From: Selaginella moellendorffii
Lineage: Eukaryota > Plantae > Lycopodiophyta
Assembly: GCF_000143415.4 (NCBI RefSeq)
Contig: NW_003314274.1
Coordinates: 270,794 to 334,793 of the forward strand
DNA: 64,000 nucleotides
Direction of reading: 5' to 3'
The notes beneath the pieces were generated by a model. It worked only from the letters and a program-made list of their open reading frames with translations. It did not search any database and had not been told where the DNA came from. This document shows positions 51,510 through 64,000 of the stretch, one piece after another; the first letter of the stretch is position 1; each line of letters begins with the position of its first letter. The translations under genes and the position numbers were made by a program.

Positions 51510-54500
51510 ATCACTTTTGGTGTTCAGATCTATATTTATATTTGTATTTTATGGATCGAATTTACTTGGAAATATAGATTAAATCAAAATTTGATAAATG
51601 AAAAGATGTTGGTTCAAGATGAACCAATGTTTTCCTTGTGTTTGAGAACTCATGAGCTCAGCTCGTGAGCTCATGAACTCAAAACCTACCCGGGCTCATA
51701 TGCTCCACCTCCAATGTGTCACTGGACAAAGTAGGGGCTGGTCCAACGAGGGGAGAACTTCGAAGGTGGCGTAAACTCCATGAGTAGAACAAGATTGCCA
51801 TCCTCGAATGGTTCGGCAAATTACTAGTGATCAATGACTGAATTGATCTTCTACTTGCCTCGAAGGAGATGTTCTGATGTGATCGTCACTGTTCTTCCAA
51901 GGCAAGAACCTCCAAGTCACGTGCATGAAGCTTGTCCTCATCGCTAAGCTGCATCGCTGTTGCGTATCAAAGAGAAAGTGAGAGTGATGGCACTTGGATC
52001 TCCATTGGAAGCACGGCCTCTGTCCAATAGACAAGGGAGAATGGGGTCACAGAATTGGATGTCTTGAAGGATGTCCAAAAGGCCCACAACGCCATAACCA
52101 AGTGTTCATGCCAATGCCTTGGGTGATCCTCCACAAGCTTTGAGATGACTGTCTTCAATCTCTTGTTGCTGAACTCCACCTGGCCATTGCACTCAGGATA
52201 ATAGCTGCTTCTCTTCACATGCTTGATCTGTAGCCATTGGAGAAGATGCATCACACACTTCCGCCGCATATGAAAAGTTGGCTGGAACTCTTGGATGGTC
52301 ACAATCCAAGCTAAAGTATGAGGATTGTGAACCAATTGTTGTAAAAGAAAGGTCAGCATAGTAAAACAGACATGGGAATGGATACAGGCTCTAGCAAGAA
52401 AGTGATGAAATCACTCCAAGGTGTAAATAACAGCCACTACTTCTTTTTCCGCATCCACATACTTCTTCTTAGTGTCTTTGAACGAATGTGAGGCATAGTA
52501 TGTTGCATGTGGTGGCTTGCCAAGCTATGAACATTGGCAAAGGTATACTCCAAAAGCCTCTACACCCGTTGTGATGTAAATGTCGAAAGGAAGTTGTCAT
52601 TCTGGTGGTTGGAGTACTGGGGGCTCCATAGTATGAAATTCTGAACTCAAAGAGTTATAACTCGCATGCAACACTTTTAATTGGCTTGATTCTTTCTGCC
52701 AATTGTGTGTCTGGAAGTCATGTTCTGTCTCCATGAAACGGCATGACAAAATACACTTGGAGTCGTCAGCTACTAGGATTTTAGTAGGAAAATGCCTGCT
52801 GTATGACACCTCAAATACTTGCTGAGGAGGGTTGAGTCTGGCTATGTCCTGTGAGAGATGGAGCTGGTCTAGAGTGACTGTGTCATCAAGCTCCATAAGG
52901 GGGAGTTGGTCCCATGCATGAAACGAATCAAGAAGCCCTTCCTCTATCAAGAAACACTCCGAAAAGCTGGATATAGGAGCCCGTACCCTATAAGCCCCAC
53001 CATCAAATAAAGAGGGCGTGGCAAGAGGCTTGGCCTTACTCTCAAAAAAGAGAGTGAAACTGAGAGATGTCTCGAGCTATCTGACTCACCTCCAACCATG
53101 TCAATCACATTGCATGAAAAAGCATCCGTTGTATAGATGGTCGACTCCACCGCCAACTCAAGAAAAGCCTCTGTGAGCTCAGGAGGAAAGTGTGGTGTGG
53201 AGACCACTTTAGTCCAAGCCTTCTGGGCTTGTTGAGAAAGAACTCTACCATCATTGTTAAGAAAGGTGGCGCTATGGGTTCCATTGCTAATTTCCATTTT
53301 GCCTTGCGCACTGTCAATGGTGCAATGGGCTGTGACTTGCCATGAGCGGCCAAGGATGATAGAGTCCTTCAAAGAGGATATTCCAAGATGTTAGTAGTCA
53401 ACCATGAGGAAATTCGCCTCAGAAATAACACTCTGCACAGAGACCTTGACACCACAACAAATGCCTGCCGGAGGAACAATGTGGTTGGTGAAGGTCTTGA
53501 GCATGATGGAGGAACTCTCGGTGATCTGTATCTGTGCTGGAAGGGCAGCTTCAAGAGAGATAATATTGCTTCCAAAACCAGAGTCAACCAAAGCATCCAC
53601 CCTACAAGAGGAAGTACCAATCTGCACTGGGACGAAGAATGGACCAGGATCTCCACCATATCTTGTCATGTCGATAATGTGCAACTCTTGAGGAATCCTC
53701 TTGAGAATGCTCTTTGGTGTTCCTGACCGTGCAAACTCCTCTAAATGTTGGCCGAATCCTGGGACAAAACACAATATATCTCTGAGTAAAAAGGTGACGG
53801 GAGTGTCAACTAGCTATTCGAGAACTGGCTCCAGAACAGGAATAGCTGTTGGTGAGATCTCAGGAGGAGAAGAGAGTAGTGACTTGAAGGGGAGCCTACA
53901 AGCCACCCTCTATGTCACTAGATTTGATGCCGACAGAGATTCACTCTCAACCGGCACCGAGGGATCTATGGCAGGTTGAGCAGCTACCTTCTTCTTCGCT
54001 TGGGCTCGAGTGGCTGTGGTTTGCTGCTGTTGCCTATAGAGTTCCTCGGCTACCAAAATCGTGTTGACCGATGAGGCTCATGCTTTGCCTTTGCTTGACG
54101 AAGAGGCTGCCTCAATTGCTTGTTGCTCCAACTGCACCTAATATGCACCTCAAGACGATGTGGAATTATCAGCAAAGGGATGTTGTTGGACATGTTGAGA
54201 AGATGGAGGCTAAAGCTTTGGGTGAAGCTTGAAGCAATGCTGCGTGTTGTGTGTGTTTGTCTTGCAATGAGTGCGCCAACGAGACCTAAATCTGCATTCT
54301 TGAGTAGTAGCAGCCTCTTTCCTAGATTCCACCAGCTCCTAGAGCAATTTGTCATGGTGTGATTGCTGCTGAAGAATGATCTCCTTTAGTTGCCACATCT
54401 CGTTGGCAAAGTTCTCAATAGCTAGAGGTGTATGCTCAATAACAACGGGCTTTGGTGTGGACGGATGAACAGTTGCACAAGGTGACTCTGAGGGGGTGAT

Positions 54501-55979
54501 GGCTTGGTTGAAATCAACTCTAGCAATCCCCAGGTCAATAAGAAGCTCTCTTTCCAACTTCGTGGCAAATGAAAACGCCTCGCGGCAAGACCTGAATGTC
54601 TTCTTAAGAAGTTTTCACTACAAGTTCCCACGCAGACTTGTTGTGAATGCCGTGGTCCCCTGTTGCTCATCTTGGACCACTCTGCGATCCCAACACTACT
54701 TCCAGTATGCTCAAAACCGAGTGATATAGTCAAGAACAGACTCGTGCGCACCCTGCTAGAACGAAAAGAGGTCAACAAGTAGCTGATTTGTGGGTTTTTC
54801 TTCAACGAAATGTTCTCTGAAAGAATTAAGTAGTGTCTGGAAGTCTGTCTGGTCCTCTGGGAGGAGAGAATCTGCCTAAGTTTTTGCTTTGCCTTCGAGA
54901 GACTGCAAGAACTCGCGGCACATATGATCATCATTGATGATCATGTTTGTGGTGCAGTAGTAACCAAAGCGACTGATATGTGATGTTGGAGAGACTGTTC
55001 AAACACCTAAGAAGGTCGGTAGATCACTCCCCTTCTGTAGAACATGGAGTTGAGGTCGAGCTAGAGGTGGCTGCGCCATAGCTTGTAGATCCAAGTCACT
55101 AGAATCTGCTGAGGATGAAGAGGACTTGGCCCGAAAAGGTGCAGTGTCGTACCTAAGCTGCCTTTGGATGTTAGAAAGTTTACTCTATACCTTAGGGCAT
55201 TGAGGTATGGTAAAAGGGTGCCAATTTATCGCATGTTTAGTTTGTACTGGCATCAAATACCCTGAACACTACAAATGCCCGGCCAAGGCAACTGGGTTGA
55301 CAAAAGTAGGGAGACTATAGACTTATGCTCAAGCTACTCAAAGTTGCCCAAAATGCCTGTGACGAAGAGAAATAAGGGTCAAAATGGAAGGACATGTAGG
55401 CCTCAAGCACACGTAACCATTGACCCATAGGGTAACTGTCGAATTAGCCGCTGGAATAGCCACTAGAGTAGCCAATAATTGATAACTGGTAACTAGTAAT
55501 TGGGGACCTATCACTGGTAACCACCCGCTTTCACTTCTACTCCTGCGCCTATTCCTCTTGTTCCTATTCCTATGCCAACCTATTCCTTGAAGATTCTTTC
55601 ATTCCCAAGGAACCCCCCAACAAAGTTTAGCCCAAAAGAGAAAAATGAGTCATCTAGTCTTAATCCTTCCCCGTTTTGACTATTGGCGGGCTCATTGGAA
55701 AGAGCTCAGCCCCATCTACCCTCTATCGCAGGAACTTGGGAAGAAGCCGCCTCAATATTCCCCAAAATCCAAGAAGAGGTAGCCTAGAACGTCAATATTG
55801 TGGAAAAATATGTGCATATCACTAATGTAGATTGATACTAAGGTGCTATTGGAATTTTCAGAAAGCCTAGGACCAGAAGCACCTCTAGAAACAAACAACA
55901 TCCAAAACAATGCCTAGAAGAGCATGAATTCCTGCTACAAAGATGACCAAATCTAGTTGGAGAAGAAAATTTTGGTCAT

Positions 55980-58900
55980 GCTTTCAAGGATCTTTTACCC
56001 TTCGACACCTTGGGGAATTTATTCTTTACAACTCCACTGCCTATAGAAAAAGTTCAATGCCCACATTGAATGCCTTTTTTTAATTCTATAACTTGTTGAC
56101 CATGTCTCTAGGGGCATCCCCCCACTTAGCGATGTGCCTAAGTTAGCCTCCCTGGCTAAGAGCCCATGACAACGGAATATAGATGTCCCTATACCCCTCT
56201 CCTCACCATGCCTTAGTATGGGGTCAGGACTTGAACCCAGCCTTGCTTTACTAGTGGGTCAAGATTTGAACCCAACCTTCGTAGAATATGCCTACAGATT
56301 CGACATCCCTGTGGCATAGTTTCCTACATCTGGTCGACCTAGCTAACCCATGCTAATTAGCTTACCTCTAGCACACCTTCGGATCCCAACATATAATATT
56401 GCTCAAGTTCTCAAATAGATTCTTTAATTGAATTTGGCATAAGTATATAGAGTTCTACCTTGCAAAAATTCTTCCACTAGATCCCGTGTGTTTGCTAGGT
56501 TCTCCTTTGGTTCCCATATCGCTTCATAGCGTGGAAATCTTTTCCACTTCACATGGAACTCCCTCACCTTGCATACTTGTCGTTGCTCTTGTGCGCATTG
56601 AGGATGGCCTCAACTTCGTATTTCTCTTCCCCTTGGATAACCTCAGGTAAAGGTCTTACTTGGTCCTTTCAAAGTAGATCCTCAGAGTACAGCTTGAGTA
56701 AGTTCACATAGAACACAGGATGCATCTTTCCCATCTCTCATGGAAGTCAAAGGCGGTAAGCCACCTTACCAATTCGTGCCTCAATCTCATAAGGCCCTAT
56801 GAACCTGCTTAAGGAACTCAAGATCAGTTCATTTCCAGAAATATATGCATTTTTACCTTTGGGTCAGTTTTCGGCTGATCCCATTTAGTAACCTTAGGTT
56901 CTTGGTGTTTAGCCACACCTCCTCCCCAGGTTGGAGCTTTACATCCCAGCACTTCTAGTTTGCATACTTATTTTGCCTTTGTTAAACCCATTCGAAGGAC
57001 TCCCTCACTAGATTCCAAATGTTGAGTCTTTCTATCATAAATACCTCCACTGCGGGTAACTCTCTATGATACTCGGCCACGCTAAGTTCCACAGGACCTT
57101 TAATAGCTCGCCTATTGATGACTTCCCATGGACTCACCCTGATACTCGAGTGTGGTGAATTGTTATAGCACAATTCCACAAGTCCTAAATGACTTACCCA
57201 ATTAGTCTGGTCTCTAGAGACATAACATCGCAAATAATCCTCTAGCTGCCTATTCACCCTTTCCGTTTGTCTATCTATCAAAAAGTGTTAGTGCCATCAA
57301 ACTTAACTTATACCCAATACTTGTCTGTGGGTGATAGGTTGTGCTGAATTTCAACTTGGTGCGATATTGTTGTAGGAGAGTTCTCTAGAACCTACTAGTG
57401 AAAATGTTATCTTGATTTGAGATAATTTCTTTTGGCTTTCCCCACACTTGAACCACTTGTTCGAAGAACAGCTTCACCACACCTTCCATATCCACTTCTA
57501 TTGTGGTGGGTATGAAATGTTCCATCTTCGAAAATCAATCCACCACTATGAATATCGCATCAAACCCCTCACTTGGGGGGAGTCCCGTGATGAAGTCCAT
57601 CATAAGACATTTCCATAGGCGATCTGGAATTGGGATGCTTTGTAACAAGCCCCCACTAGCCTTAGTCACGGCTTTGAATTGATGAGATGTTGGACATGTC
57701 TTTACATAGTCTTAGACGTCTTTAGCCATATTTGGCTAGTGATACTTCCTCTTGAGTAAGCCCATAATCTTAGGCACTCCGCCGTGTCCTACAAAAGGTT
57801 CGTCATGACACTCTTCTAAGGCTACCTTCCTTAGTTCCCCTTTTGGAATATACACCCTTGTTTGTTTATAATAGATGAGTCCATTGTGTTTTGCATAGCT
57901 TGTTTTCTCTTCCGCTGGCAACTCACCTCTCTAGTGAGCTTCCTGCGCCTCTTGATTCCTTAGCAACACTTTTTGTGCTAGACCATCATTCTCATATGCT
58001 ATCCGCACATCATCCCAAAAGGTTGCTGTCACGCTGGATATCGCCAACTTCAAGCTCACTTTTTGACTTAGAGCATCTGCCACGATGTTGCTTTTCCTAG
58101 TTTTATATAAAATCTCACAATCAAACTCGACTAAAGCATTAGCCCACTGACCTTGTTTCCCTCTTAAGTCAGGCTGTAACAAAAAGTTTTTCATTGCCAC
58201 ATTATTTGTGTAAACTTTGAAGTGTCTCCTAAAGTAGTGTTACCACTTCTTGAGTGCCTTAACCACTACAAACAATTCTTTTTCGTGGGCAGGCCATTTT
58301 CACTAAGCCTTGTCCAACTTCTTTGAGTAGAACGCTACTGGATGGTTGTCTTGCTTCAACACTACGACCAACGCAAAGTCTGAAGCATCTATTTTTACCT
58401 CAAAATCCTTATTACAGTCGGGTAACACTAACACAGGACCTTCCTCAACTTCCCTTTGAGGTGGATAAATGCTACTTCGCATTCTGCTGTCCATACCATC
58501 TTCCCTTTTCCCATTTGGTCCGTTAAAGGTAGGGTTATTCTCAAATGGTGTTTGATAAACTTTCAATAATAGTTGCATAGCCCCAAAAATGCCTTCAACT
58601 TGTGTACATTGGATGGCCGTTCCCATTCTTGGATCGCTTCGACCTTCTTAAGGTCCACCTTGAGCCTGTCCTTGCCCACCATATGCTGAAGAAACTTTAC
58701 CTCTTGTTGAGCAAAGTTACATTTGCTTTTTTTAGCATATAGTTGATGTTCCCTTAGTTTCTCAAACACATTCGTCAAATGTTCGGCATGCTTTTCTAGC
58801 ATTTCGCTATAGATCAAAATATTATCAATGTAGACAACCATGAAATGATCTAAATAAAGTATAAAAATATGGTTCATTAGCACCGAGAATGTTGCTAGTG

Positions 58901-59873
58901 CATTGCACAACCCAAAGGGCATCATTAGAAACTCAAAGCTTCCATACCTTGTTCGACAAATTATCTTCTTGACATATTCCTCTACTACCCTGATCTGGTA
59001 GTATCCTGACCTTAGGTCAATCCTCGAAAAGTATTTCACTTTTCCCAACCTATTGAACAAATCCTCAATCCCTGGTAAAGGGTACTTGTTCTTCTTTGTA
59101 TACTTGTTGAGTAACCAGTAGTTTATGCACATGTATATAGATTCATTTTTCTTTTTCACAAATAACATTAATGTATGATACAGTCACTTGCTCAACCTAA
59201 TATACCCTTTTTCCACCAACTCCTTAAGTTGGTGTTTGAACTCCTCGAGTTCCTTTACGTTCAACCGTTAACCAGGACAAACCACCACCTTAGCACCCTT
59301 GACCAACTTGATCTTGTGTTCTATTAGTTGTTTGCAGGGTAACCCCGTCGGTAGCTCCTCCGGCATAGTATCCTGGAATTGGTCTAACACCCGCTGGATC
59401 ACTAAAGGTATTTCTTCTGTTCCTGTCTTTTTGTCACTCTTCACCGAGAGTAAGCACAAAAATGCTGCCTTGGTTTGTTTAGTGAGTTGACCACTCGTGG
59501 ACACCAAGTTTAAGCAGGAGTCTTTGGCCTTACATTGCCCTACCTTTAGATCCTAGGCCTCCACCCTGGATTATTCTCCCCAGGCATTCGCTAGTACCAC
59601 AAGGTTCCTCCTTTGTCCATGCAAGGCTACTATGAACCGATTGAACCAATTCATCTCGAAGATTACGTCAAATCCCACCATGTCCAACACAGTGAAATCC
59701 ATGTCTAATTTCCATGTCCCTACTTTGACTTTTGCTTGTCAAAGTACCTCATCATGTCCCTATTTTGACTTTTGCTTGTCGAAGTACCTTATCATATTTT
59801 GGCTACCTTGAATAAACTCTATAGTCCTTGGTTCACTCCGCTGCTGCACCATTAGTCTGGCTTGCCAAACTAT
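55980..59873 (-). mobile_element. Family E chromovirus pol (protease C-terminus, RT, RNase H, integrase, chromodomain), pseudogenised and cut at 59873 by a family F insertion
   Basis: RT FSRIDLRSGYYQIR..MPFGLCNA..VYIDNILIY. RNase H VKIDASDFAL. Integrase ECHDEPFVGHGG and QTERVNRQLEDYLR. Chromodomain at ~56455-56630: EKYEVEAILNAH..FHVKWKRFPRYEAIWEPKENLAN. Confidence 0.92.
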
Positions 59874-62800
59874 TGTTAGGGCGTGGCCATCGAGAGAGTG
59901 AGAGTGAGAGAGGGAATATTCTAGTCCTCAGAATATTCCCCATCTTCCTCATATTAAACCCTTGCCTCACAAGGGCAAGGGGGGGCATTTTTGAGAAGAG
60001 CATTCAAGCATTTCTCATGTTTGAACGAGTGTTGGGGGAGGCGCCCCTCCTTCCCCCAACAAATGGTGAACCCAGTGTGACACACAGCACTTTCTGACGT
60101 GTCATTTCTCTTTTTCTTTTGGCCACAGACTTTGGGAAGGAATTCCTTGTTCATCTGGCAGTGGTTTTGTTTGATCTTTGGCGTGTTGGATATGTCTGGA
60201 GCTCTTTTTTCCAGCAAGGTATGGCGCTCATCAAGCTGTGCAGTATAGGAAGAGATACAACGTTTCTTGGCTTGGTTGGATGAACATTTTAGGGTTTTCT
60301 CATCTGGATTCTCAGCAAAATTTTTCAAGGTAGTGCATTTAGGCTTGTAGATCTTGCCTAGATCTACGAGTAGTGGTGATTCTTGGCACTAGATTTGGCC
60401 AAATTGGCAGCATGCAAAAGGATTTTCTTCTCCGGCTAGATTGGGTCATCTTTGTAGTAGAAATTTGTGCTCCTCTAGGCTTTGTTTTAGATGCTGTTTA
60501 TTTTCAGAGGTGCTCTTGATCCTAGGCTTTCCAAAAACACCAACGGCGCCTTAGTATCGATCTACATCAATGACATGCACATGTTTTTCCACAATATTGG
60601 CGTTCTGGGCTACCTCTTCTTGGATTTTGGGGAGTATTGAGGTGGCTTCTTCCCAAATTCCTGTGATAGGAGGTAGACAGGGCTGAGCCCTTTCCAATGA
60701 GCCCACAAACATTCAAAATGGGGAAAGATCGAGACCAAAAGACTCATTTTTCTCTTTTAAACTAAACTTTGTTGGGGGTTCCTTAGGAACAACGCAATCT
60801 TCAGTCTTGGGAATGTAGGAACAGGAAGAGGAGTTGATGTAGGAATAGGAACAAGGGGAGCAGGAACAAAAGTTGGCGTAGGAACAGGAACAGGGGGAGC
60901 AAGAACAAGAGTTGGTGTAGGAACAGGAACAGGAGGAACATGGATAGTAGGAGAAGGCGTACAGGTAGGAGTGAGAGTAGGGGGTTACCAGTTATGGTTT
61001 ACAGGTCCCTAATTACTGGTTACTAGTTACCGGTTACAGACTACTCCAGCGGCTACTTTGGTGGTTACCCAACAGGCCAACAGTTATGTGCGTTTGAAAC
61101 TTATATCCCCTTCACCCTTATTTCTCTTCATCATAGGATGTTTGAGCAACTTGAGCACAAGTCTACAGTCTCCTTGCTTTTGTCAACCCAGTTGCCTTGG
61201 CCGGGCATTTGTAGTGTTCAGCATATTTGATGCCAGTACAAACTAGACATGCGATAAATTGGCACCCTTTTACCATACCTCAATGCCCTAAGGTATAGAG
61301 TAAACTTTCTAACATCCAAAGGCAGCTTAGGTACGACATTGCACCTTTTCGGGCCAAGTCCTCTTCATCCTCAGCAGATTCTAGTGACTTAGATCTATGA
61401 GCTATGGCGCAGCCACCTCTAGCTCGACCTCAACTCCATGTTCTACAGAAGGGGAGTGATCTACCGACCTTCTTAGGTGTTTGAACAGTCTCTCCAACAT
61501 CACATATCAATCGCTTTGGTTACTACTGCACCACAAACATGATCATCAATGATGATCATATGTGCCGTGAGTTCTTGCAGTCTCTCGAAGGCAAAGCAAA
61601 AACTTAGGCAGATTCTCTCCTCCCAGAGGACCAGACAGACTTCCAGACACTACTTAATTCTTTCAGAGAATGTTTTGTTGAAGAAAAACCCACAAATCAG
61701 CTACTTGTTGACCTCTTTTCGTTCTGGCAGGGTGCGCACGAGTCTATTCCTGACTATATCACTCGGTTTTGAGCATACTGGAAGCAGTGTTGGGATCGCA
61801 GAGTGGTCCAAGATGAGCAACAGGGGACCACGGCATTCACAACAAGTCTGCGTGGGAACTTGTAGTGAAAACTTCTTAAGAAGACATTCAGTTCTTGCCG
61901 CAAGGCGTTTTTATTTGCCACAAAGCTGGAAAGAGAGCTTTTTGTCGGCCTAGGGATTGCTAGAGTTGATTTCGACCAAGCCATCACCCCCTCAGAGTCA
62001 CCTTGTGCAGCTGTTCACTCATCCACACCAAAGCCCATTGCTATTGAGCATACACCTTCGGATATTGAGAACTTTGGCAACGAGATGTGGCAGCTGAAGG
62101 AGATCATTCTTCAGTAGCAATCACACCATGACAAACTGCTCCAAAAGCTGGTGGAATCCAGGAAAGAGGCCGCTACAGCTTGGGATTGCAGATTTAAATC
62201 CCGTTGGTGCACTCACTATGAGACAAACACACACAACACATAGTGCTGCTTCAAGCTTCACCCAAAGCTTCAGCCTCCATCTTCTCAATGTGTCCAAAAA
62301 CATCCCTTCGCTGATAACTCCAAATCATCTCAAGGTCCAGAGGCATATCAGGAGCAGCTGGAGCGACAAGCGATTGAGGCAGCCTCTTTGTCAAGCAAAG
62401 GCAAGGCACCAGCCTCATCGGTCAACACAATTTTGGTAGCCGAGGAACTCTTTAGGCAACAACAGCAAACCACAGCCACTCGAGCCCAAGCGAAGAAGAA
62501 GGCACCTACTTAGCCTGCCATAGATCCCTCGGTGCCGGTTGAGAGTGAATCTCTATCGGCACCAAATCCAATGACACAGAGGGTGGCTTGTAAGCTCCCT
62601 TTCAAGTCACTACTCTCTTATCCTCCTGAGATCTCACCAATAGCTATTCCTGTTCTAGAGCTGGTTCTTCAACAGCTGGTTGACACTCCCGTCACCTTTT
62701 CGCTCTAAGACATGTTGTGTCTTGTCCCGGGATTTGGCCAGTGTTTAGAGGAGTTTGCACAGTCAGGAACACTAAAGAGCACTCTCAAGAGGACTCCTCA

Positions 62801-64000
62801 AGAGTTGCACATTATCGACATGACAAGATATGGTGGAGATCCTGGTCCATTCTTCGTCCTAGTGCAGATTGGTACTTCCTCTTGTAGGGTGGATGTTTTG
62901 GTTGACTCTGGTTCTAGAAGCAACATTATCTCTCTCAAAGCTGCCCTTTCAGCATAGATACAGATCACTGAGAGCTCCTCCATCATGCTCAAGAACTTCA
63001 CCAACCACACTATTCCTCCGGCAGGCATTTGCTGTGGTGTCAAGGTCTCTGTGCAGAGTGTTATTTCTGAGGCGGATTTCCTCGTGGTTGACTACCAACA
63101 TCTTGGAACGTCCTCTTTGAAGGACTCTATCATCCTTGGCCACTCATGGCAAGTCACAGCCTATTGCATCATTGACAGCGCAAAAGGCAAGATGGAAATT
63201 AGCAATGGAACCCATAGCGCCACCTTTCTTAACAATGATGGCAGAGCTCTTTCTCAGCAAGCCCAGTAGGCTCAGACTAAGATGGCCTCTACACCACACT
63301 TCCCTCCCGAGATCACAAAGGTTTTTCCTAAGTTGGCGGTGGAGTCGACCATCTATATGACGGATGCTTTCTCATGCAATGCGATTGACATGGTTGGAGG
63401 TGAGTCAGATAGCCGAAGACATCTGTCAACTTCACTATCTTTATTTGAGAGTAAGGCCGAGCCTCTAGACAGTCCCTCTTTATTTGATGGCGGGGCTTAT
63501 AGAGTATGGGCTCCCATATCCAGCTTTTCAGAGTGTTTCTCGATAGAGGAAGGGCTCCTTGATTCGTTTCATGCATGGGACCAACTCTCTCTTATGGAGC
63601 TTGACGACACAGTCACTCCAGACCAGGTCCATCTTTCACAGGACATAGCCAAACTCAATCCTCCTCAGCAACTATCTAAGGTGTCACACAGTCAGCATCT
63701 TCCTACTAAAATTGCAGTAGTTGATGACTCCAAGCATATTTTGTCATGCCGTTTCTTGGAGACAGAGGATGACATCTAGACACAGAATTGGCAGAAAGAA
63801 TCAAGCCAATCGGATGTGCTGCGTGTGAGTTATAGCTCTTTGAGTTCAGAATTTCCTACTGTGGAGCTCCCGATACAAGTCCAAGTGTATTACAGTGAAA
63901 CTTCAACACCAGACTTGGAATAGACTTCAGTGGAGGATCTTCCTTCACTTGCAGAGTACTTGGCTACAGTCCTTGCATTGGACATCAAGCGCTCAGAGCA
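59874..64000 (+). mobile_element. Second family F gypsy element (runs off the window): 5' LTR 59874-60061, tRNA-Trp-like PBS 60064-60073, long 5' UTR, decayed gag and protease
   Basis: TGTTAGGG...CCCCAACA followed by TGGTGAACCC. Protease VDVLVDSGSRSNII. Reverse-complement similarity to ~52600-55970. Confidence 0.88.

Larger units (their letters stand above)
45958..51696. mobile_element. TIR DNA transposon, superfamily uncertain (MULE- or Zisupton/KDZ-like), probably non-autonomous, carrying ParB-MTase and SWIM genes
   Basis: Direct repeat CATATGCTC at 45949-57 and 51697-705 (8- or 9-bp TSD). ~40-bp imperfect TIRs (..TTTTGAGTT[CAT]GAGCTCACGAGCTGAG). Removal restores the host integrase frame G-G-G-A-Y-V-L-V-D-A-D-G. 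Confidence 0.88.
44339..55975 (-). mobile_element. Family F non-chromovirus Ty3/gypsy element, internally deleted (RT missing) and lacking its 5' LTR: gag ~55200-54000, protease ~53700-53250, RNase H fragment ~52600-52400, integrase 52400-51706 plus 45948-45880, 3' LTR 44339-44528
   Basis: Protease VDALVDSGFGSNII. Integrase SSYYPECNGQVEFSNKRLK..WHEHLVMALWA..TPFSLVY and C-terminal KFSPRWTSPYFV..GAYVL..NHSHLKHF. The LTR is the reverse complement of 59874-60061. Confidence 0.85.

Overview
Eukaryotic land-plant genomic DNA. The ~45-60 nt introns, compact genes and CVNH/SPH content suggest a lycophyte such as Selaginella (inference). A three-gene island at 5.5-12.9 kb holds a PRISE/VEP1 progesterone 5-beta-reductase, a ubinuclein, and topoisomerase VI subunit B, which lies head-to-head with the ubinuclein. 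Most of the rest is deeply nested, C>T/G>A-decayed retrotransposon DNA, much of which I resolved by TSDs: a chromovirus Ty3/gypsy family (my label E), a related non-autonomous family (D), LTRs of a third family (C), a TRIM (B), two 5S-rDNA-bearing Cassandra-type TRIMs, and a non-chromovirus gypsy family (F) with ~190-bp LTRs and a tRNA-Trp-like PBS. Two items stand out. (1) A 5.7-kb TIR DNA transposon (45958-51696, 8/9-bp TSD; removing it restores the host integrase frame) carries a spliced ParB/Srx-domain plus beta-class N4C/N6A DNA-methyltransferase pseudogene, a divergent SWIM zinc-finger ORF, and an array of six palindromes of up to ~62 bp. (2) An intact, very AT-rich two-exon gene (17999-18764, minus) fuses a secreted S-protein-homologue (SPH) domain to a cyanovirin-N (CVNH) lectin domain. 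All coordinates were read by eye; letters B-G are my own labels.
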